29,647 nucleotides of DNA, taken from Candidatus Diapherotrites archaeon CG10_big_fil_rev_8_21_14_0_10_31_34. Lineage in GTDB: Archaea > Iainarchaeota > Iainarchaeia > Iainarchaeales > 1-14-0-10-31-34. Shown piece by piece: positions 25,335 through 29,647 of the stretch. The position numbers were made by a program, and so were the translations under genes. How positions within the stretch are numbered: the stretch's first letter is position 1; each line of letters opens with the position of its first letter. The DNA lies in NCBI GenBank assembly GCA_002763225.1, contig PFAI01000022.1, positions 1-29,647 of the forward strand. The letters are read 5' to 3'. The notes under the pieces are model-generated. The model saw only the letters and a list, made by a program, of their open reading frames with translations. It was not told where the DNA came from and made no database searches.

Positions 25335-26069
25335 TTATTCTTCTTTTTGTAATTCAAATTCAGGGTTTTTTTTGAGTTTAATTGCGTCTTCTCCAAAATA
25401 CTGTAAAAACTTTTTTGTTGTCTTGATTACATAAGTTATTCCTGCTTTTTCTCTTGAAATAAACCCTTGTTCTTCCAGAATTTTTATTTCATCATATGCT
25501 TTGTTTGTCCTGAATTTTACTACAGTTGATTGTTTTACCGGCTGCTTAAATGCAATATAAGCCATTGTTTTCATTACTCCTTTAGAAAACCTTGTCGGGC
25601 CAGCTAAATGAGCTACTTTAACTTCTAATTCAGAAAGCACCTGCATTCTGTATCCTTCAGTTTCCCTGATTATTTCTATCCCGCTTTTTCTTTCAATTAA
25701 ATCTTTTGTTAGTGCTTCAATTAATTCAGAAATTAAACCTAAGTCAGGTGTTTCGCATATTCCTGCTATTTCTTTTAATGGAATTGGCTGAGGAGACATA
25801 AAAAGAATTGATTCAACTAACTGCCTTAGTTTTTCAATTTTTTTTTCTTCTTTAAAATAATCTTTTTCCGGTTTTTCTTCTTCTGTTTTTTGTTGAACTT
25901 TTTTTTCTAAAAAAGGCTCTTTTTCTGCTTCTTTGATTTCTTCTATTTCTTCTTCTACTTCTAATTCAAAGGGTCCGTCTGATTCAGGATTCAAATCCTT
26001 GTTTAAATCCTGATTTAATTCTTTGTTTAATTCTCCTTCCTGGTTTTCTTCATCTATTTTTTCTTCCAT
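25335..26069 (-). CDS. scpB: SMC-Scp complex subunit ScpB with acidic N-terminal extension
   Basis: VESILFMS..PI, GYRMQ, TMAYIAFKQPV, TTKKFLQYFG. Confidence 0.92.
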   Translation of the reverse strand: MEEKIDEENQEGELNKELNQDLNKDLNPESDGPFELEVEEEIEEIKEAEKEPFLEKKVQQKTEEEKPEKDYFKEEKKIEKLRQLVESILFMSPQPIPLKEIAGICETPDLGLISELIEALTKDLIERKSGIEIIRETEGYRMQVLSELEVKVAHLAGPTRFSKGVMKTMAYIAFKQPVKQSTVVKFRTNKAYDEIKILEEQGFISREKAGITYVIKTTKKFLQYFGEDAIKLKKNPEFELQKEE

Positions 26070-26091
26070 TACTGCACCTAAAAAAATTGTT

Positions 26092-26544
26092 TTATGATTT
26101 ACGCTTTTTTTCTCTGGTTTTCATTAAAGGTTCCAGTTCTTGAATTGTTGTTTTGTCTGTTATAAAAAAAACAATATTTTTTTTTTGGTCAATTGAACCT
26201 TCTTGTTTTGAAACCTTAGCATAATACTCTTTTTCGATTCTGTAAAACTCTAATGAAGTTCCTTCTCTTAGGTTCATTCTTTTTCTTATGTTATTTCTAA
26301 TTAAATCAGAATATTCCCCTGGCGGCAAATCATGTCTTCCATTCAATATTTTTCCATTAAATATGTCTTGTATTCCTTTTCTAATCCCATTTTCTCTTAT
26401 AAACTCTTTTCCCCCTATTTTTTGATTAATTTTGGAAGCTTTTCTGTTAATAGGGCTTGCTTTTTCTTCAGGAATTAGTCTCCTGTTTAAATGGATTTTT
26501 TTATTCCATCTTTCTCCTAGTCTAACTGGTCTTTTTACAGGCAT
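26092..26544 (-). CDS. Basic hypothetical protein
   Basis: 150-aa ORF with GAGG RBS; no recognised motif. Confidence 0.7.
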   Translation of the reverse strand: MPVKRPVRLGERWNKKIHLNRRLIPEEKASPINRKASKINQKIGGKEFIRENGIRKGIQDIFNGKILNGRHDLPPGEYSDLIRNNIRKRMNLREGTSLEFYRIEKEYYAKVSKQEGSIDQKKNIVFFITDKTTIQELEPLMKTREKKRKS

Positions 26545-26633
26545 TTTTTTTCCTCAATTAAATTAGTGTTTTAAGGTATTTAAGATTAACTTTTTATTTC
26601 TATTAAATAATTATTTTTTTTTATTCCTGACAA

Positions 26634-28142
26634 TTACTTTTCTTTGTTTTTTTCCTGATAATTTTCAATTGCTTTTTTGATTGCTTTGACTGCAAGCAAA
26701 GAACAATGCATTTTAATCGGAGGAAGACCATCTAAAGCATCAGCAACTTCTTTTTCAGTCAGTTTTAATGCTTCTTCCAGTGATTTTCCTTTAACCATTT
26801 CAGTTGCTTTGGATGAAGTGGCTATTGCACTGACACAGCCAAAGGTTTCAACTTTGATTTCAGTGATTTTGTTGTTTTTTACTTTTAAATAGACTTTCAT
26901 CATGTCTCCGCAATTGTGAAGTGTTAATGATTCTGTGGTAAATGAATGTTTGTTTCTAACTTCTATATTATGCACTTTCCCTTTGTAATTTATTTTTTCT
27001 GTGTTAGTTATTGGAATGAAGAGAAAGTTGGAATCAAACCAAGAATCAGTGACAGTTGGCTTTTGCACATTAAATCGTATTTTAAGAATTTTAGCTAATC
27101 TTTCTAAAGATTTTCTTTCTCCAACATGAATTCTATATGATTTTTGATGTTTAACTCCATTCACAGTTTTTTCATTTTCAGCATAAATGGAAGGAACTAT
27201 TTTTTGTCTCATTAAAAGTGTTTTGATTTGCTGGCTTAATTCATAAGAAATAGTTGAATATCCTGCTTTAGGTTTTTTTGGGTTAAAGTATCCATCTCCC
27301 ATCCACAGGCCATAAAGAAGGCTTTTCTGTTTTTTTTCAGGCAAAATCATAAACTCTGAAGGAATTCTTTTGTTTTTTGCGCCTTTGCCAAATAATTTCA
27401 AAAACAGTCTGCTTATCCATACATTGTTTACTTCTACAATTAGTGTATTACGTTTTTCTCTTTTCTTTTTTTTCGCTTCTATTCCTAAATTTTTTTTTAT
27501 TATTTTAATTGCATCATCAGCTAAAAAATCTTCTTTTAAATTAAAAGTTAATCCTAAATATGTTTTGCCAACTTTTTCTCTGATATTTCCTTCAGAAAGA
27601 TAATATCCGGCAAATCTTAGAAAATCATTGTTTAGTTTGATTTTATCTGGAATTTTTTTGCTTTTGAAATCAAACTTTTTCCTTTTTTGCTCAAAACTAA
27701 TATATTTTTTGTTTTTTTTTTCTTGGAGTATTGGATATGCAATTAAATCTCCTTTTTCTAACTCGTTTGCATGAAACCAATCCGGGAAAAGCTTTTTTTT
27801 GTTTTTATACAAATGAAAATGATAAGTTTTTGGCACTTTTACCGCAAAAATTTGGTGTTCGGGAGTAAGAAAATTTGTTCCCAGCTTGCTTTTTATTTTG
27901 ATTATTTTTCCTTTATAGTCTCTTTTGAATGTTTTTGATACTTCGTTGTAAGTTCCTTTATGGTCTAAAACAAGGTCTCTTTTTTTTATTTTTTTAATTT
28001 CTATTAATCCAGTTTTAGTTTCTATTTTTGTTTCAGGAATTAAACAGACAGGATTTCCTTCTTCTGCAACTGCATCAGCATCATCAATTTTTCCAAGATT
28101 TTTCGGATGCTTAAATTCCTGCATTACTTTATCTGAATACAT
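26634..28142 (-). CDS. iscU: Fe-S cluster scaffold protein (IscU/NifU-N type) interrupted by an intein; mature protein 124 aa
   Basis: Exteins join to MYSDKV…HPKN.G…GNPV|CGDMM…FGCVSAIA…LPPIKMHCS, with three Cys ligands. Confidence 0.93.
   Translation of the reverse strand: MYSDKVMQEFKHPKNLGKIDDADAVAEEGNPVCLIPETKIETKTGLIEIKKIKKRDLVLDHKGTYNEVSKTFKRDYKGKIIKIKSKLGTNFLTPEHQIFAVKVPKTYHFHLYKNKKKLFPDWFHANELEKGDLIAYPILQEKKNKKYISFEQKRKKFDFKSKKIPDKIKLNNDFLRFAGYYLSEGNIREKVGKTYLGLTFNLKEDFLADDAIKIIKKNLGIEAKKKKREKRNTLIVEVNNVWISRLFLKLFGKGAKNKRIPSEFMILPEKKQKSLLYGLWMGDGYFNPKKPKAGYSTISYELSQQIKTLLMRQKIVPSIYAENEKTVNGVKHQKSYRIHVGERKSLERLAKILKIRFNVQKPTVTDSWFDSNFLFIPITNTEKINYKGKVHNIEVRNKHSFTTESLTLHNCGDMMKVYLKVKNNKITEIKVETFGCVSAIATSSKATEMVKGKSLEEALKLTEKEVADALDGLPPIKMHCSLLAVKAIKKAIENYQEKNKEK
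26913..28046 (-). mobile_element. 378-aa intein with LAGLIDADG homing endonuclease
   Basis: Block A CLIPETKI, block B LTPEHQIF, endonuclease motifs FAGYYLSEG and LYGLWMGDG, block F VHNIEV, block G TLHN followed by +1 Cys. Confidence 0.95.
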
Positions 28143-28152
28143 TTTTTCACCT

Positions 28153-29304
28153 TCAAAATTTAACTGGACTAATTTTCCTTAATCCTTCAACTATTTCAGG
28201 AATTTTTTTTATTGCAAAATCAACTTCTTTAACTGAATTATTTTTTCCTAAAGAAATCCTTAAAGAACCATGAGCCCAGACATGGCTTAACCCGATTGCT
28301 TCCAGTACATGGCTTATCTTCAAGTTCTTGCTTGAACAGGCCGAGCCGGTTGAAACCTGAATTCCTTCAAAGTCAAGCAGTGTAATCAATGATTCTCCTT
28401 CAACTCCAAAAAAAGAAAAATTAACATTGTTTGCTAGCCTTAATTTTTCGTGACCATTTAATTTTGATTTATTTATTTCTGAAAGAGATTTAATTAACTT
28501 GTCTCTCATTTTTTCCTGTTTATTCATTTCTTCTTCTCTTGATTTTTCTGCGAGTTCAAGAGCTTTAGCTATTCCTGCAATTCCTGGAATGTTTTCTGTT
28601 CCGCTTCTTTTTTTTCTTTCCTGGCCTCCTCCATGGATTAAAGGAATTAAATCAACCCCTTCTCTTATGTATAAGATGCCTGTTCCTTTTGGACCGTAAA
28701 ATTTGTGTCCTGAAAAAGAAGCTAAATCTAAATTCATTTTATTTAAATTAATTTTTATTTTTCCTGCTGTCTGGACCATATCAGAGTGAAACAAAAAATC
28801 TTTTTTTTCTTTTAATTCAGCTATTTCTTTTAATGGCTGAATGCTTCCAATCTCATTGTTTGCATGCATTACTGAAACTAAATCAGTTTTATCCAGATTT
28901 TTTTCTAATTCATCTAATTTAATTATTCCTTTTTCATCAACTGAATTAAATAAAACGTTTTTTCCTTTTTCTTTTAAGTATTCTGCTGTTCTTAATACCG
29001 CCGGATGCTCTATTTTTGTTGTAATCAATTTATTTTTTGAATTCATTATTCCTTTTAATGCAAAATTGTCTGATTCGCTTCCCCCTGAAGTAAAATAAAT
29101 TTCTTTTGCTTTTGCTCCAAGCAATTTTCCAATTGTTTCTCTTGCTTTTTCCATTTCTTCTAAAGCTTGTTGGCCCATTGAATGAAGCGAAGAAGCATTG
29201 CCGTAGTTTTCTAATGCAACCCTGTTCATTTCCATTAAAACTTTTTCATCTGTTTTTGTTGTTGCAGCATTATCAAAATAAATTTTTTTATTCACAGCAG
29301 ACAC
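28153..29304 (-). CDS. iscS: Cysteine desulfurase, group I
   Basis: IYFDNAATT, GNASSLH, FTSGGSE, SGHKFYGPKG (PLP lysine), RSGTEN, STGSACSS; true start may be GTG 29295. Confidence 0.96.
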   Translation of the reverse strand: MSAVNKKIYFDNAATTKTDEKVLMEMNRVALENYGNASSLHSMGQQALEEMEKARETIGKLLGAKAKEIYFTSGGSESDNFALKGIMNSKNKLITTKIEHPAVLRTAEYLKEKGKNVLFNSVDEKGIIKLDELEKNLDKTDLVSVMHANNEIGSIQPLKEIAELKEKKDFLFHSDMVQTAGKIKINLNKMNLDLASFSGHKFYGPKGTGILYIREGVDLIPLIHGGGQERKKRSGTENIPGIAGIAKALELAEKSREEEMNKQEKMRDKLIKSLSEINKSKLNGHEKLRLANNVNFSFFGVEGESLITLLDFEGIQVSTGSACSSKNLKISHVLEAIGLSHVWAHGSLRISLGKNNSVKEVDFAIKKIPEIVEGLRKISPVKF

Positions 29305-29608
29305 CTTTTTTTCTCATTGTTTTGCATATTTCGCAGGACCTTGAAATAAAATCTTTCTTGCTTTTTTTTCCTTCAAACAGGTAATCCCCCATTTCATGGA
29401 TTAATTGTTTTTCTTTTTTGCTTAATTTAAATCCTTTCCCTCTTTTCCCCTGAACATACTGCGTCAGTGCTGCAGGAGTCAAATCCAAAACTTCACAGAC
29501 TTTTTTTCTTGGAATTTTTTTTTCTTTAATTAAATAGACTGTTAATTCTCTTCTGATTGAAGGCAAAACAATCCATCCAATCATTTCGCAGGGAAATTTA
29601 ACTGCCAT
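29288..29608 (-). CDS. Archaeal HTH transcriptional regulator (COG2522-like) with conserved cysteines
   Basis: PCE….LPSIRREL…LTPAALTQY..GKRG…CEIC; ATG at 29608. Confidence 0.85.
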   Translation of the reverse strand: MAVKFPCEMIGWIVLPSIRRELTVYLIKEKKIPRKKVCEVLDLTPAALTQYVQGKRGKGFKLSKKEKQLIHEMGDYLFEGKKSKKDFISRSCEICKTMRKKGVCCE

Positions 29609-29610
29609 AA

Positions 29611-29624
29611 TTAACAATTGTTAA
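29611..29624. promoter_or_regulatory. Perfect 14-bp palindrome between TATA box and start of the Fe-S operon
   Basis: TTAACAATTGTTAA; TTTATAAA at 29631-29638. Confidence 0.6.
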
Positions 29625-29647
29625 AAAAGGTTTATAAAAGTTGTTTT

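Noticed and set aside
394..29384. Many antisense or nested ORFs in the track (e.g. 394-891, 1880-2308, 7555-7824, 9115-9405, 13458-13886, 17708-18079, 22002-22364, 24836-25234)
   Set aside because: They shadow well-supported genes, are F/S/L/I-rich as expected for reverse complements of Lys/Glu-rich genes, and show no motifs

Overview
An AT-rich archaeal chromosomal window; TFB, FEN-1, L35Ae, L40e, DGGGP synthase and a CCA-less tRNA mark it as archaeal, and a DPANN lineage such as Iainarchaeota/Diapherotrites is plausible but only inferred. It holds a complete minus-strand histidine operon (hisE-I-D-HAD phosphatase-C-B-H-F-A-G) preceded by an AbrB/MraZ-ACT regulator, then tRNA-Glu, housekeeping genes, a B12 radical SAM plus ECF S-component pair, an ArcE/cDPGS-like P-loop enzyme, an ArmA/Rmt-like rRNA methyltransferase, a convergent PIN/RHH pair and an HTH-iscS-iscU operon. 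Main observations: (1) hisE has no in-frame start ahead of its conserved N-terminus and is reachable by a +1 shift from an 11-aa leader ORF with a His codon at the shift window, while the operon has lost almost all dispensable histidines, suggesting His-starvation translational control (an assembly indel is the alternative); (2) a 378-aa LAGLIDADG intein sits immediately before the first Fe-S ligand Cys of IscU; (3) an O-methyltransferase probably starts at AUU under DtxR/MntR-like boxes; (4) there are unannotated basic micro-proteins and a dispersed palindromic repeat family.
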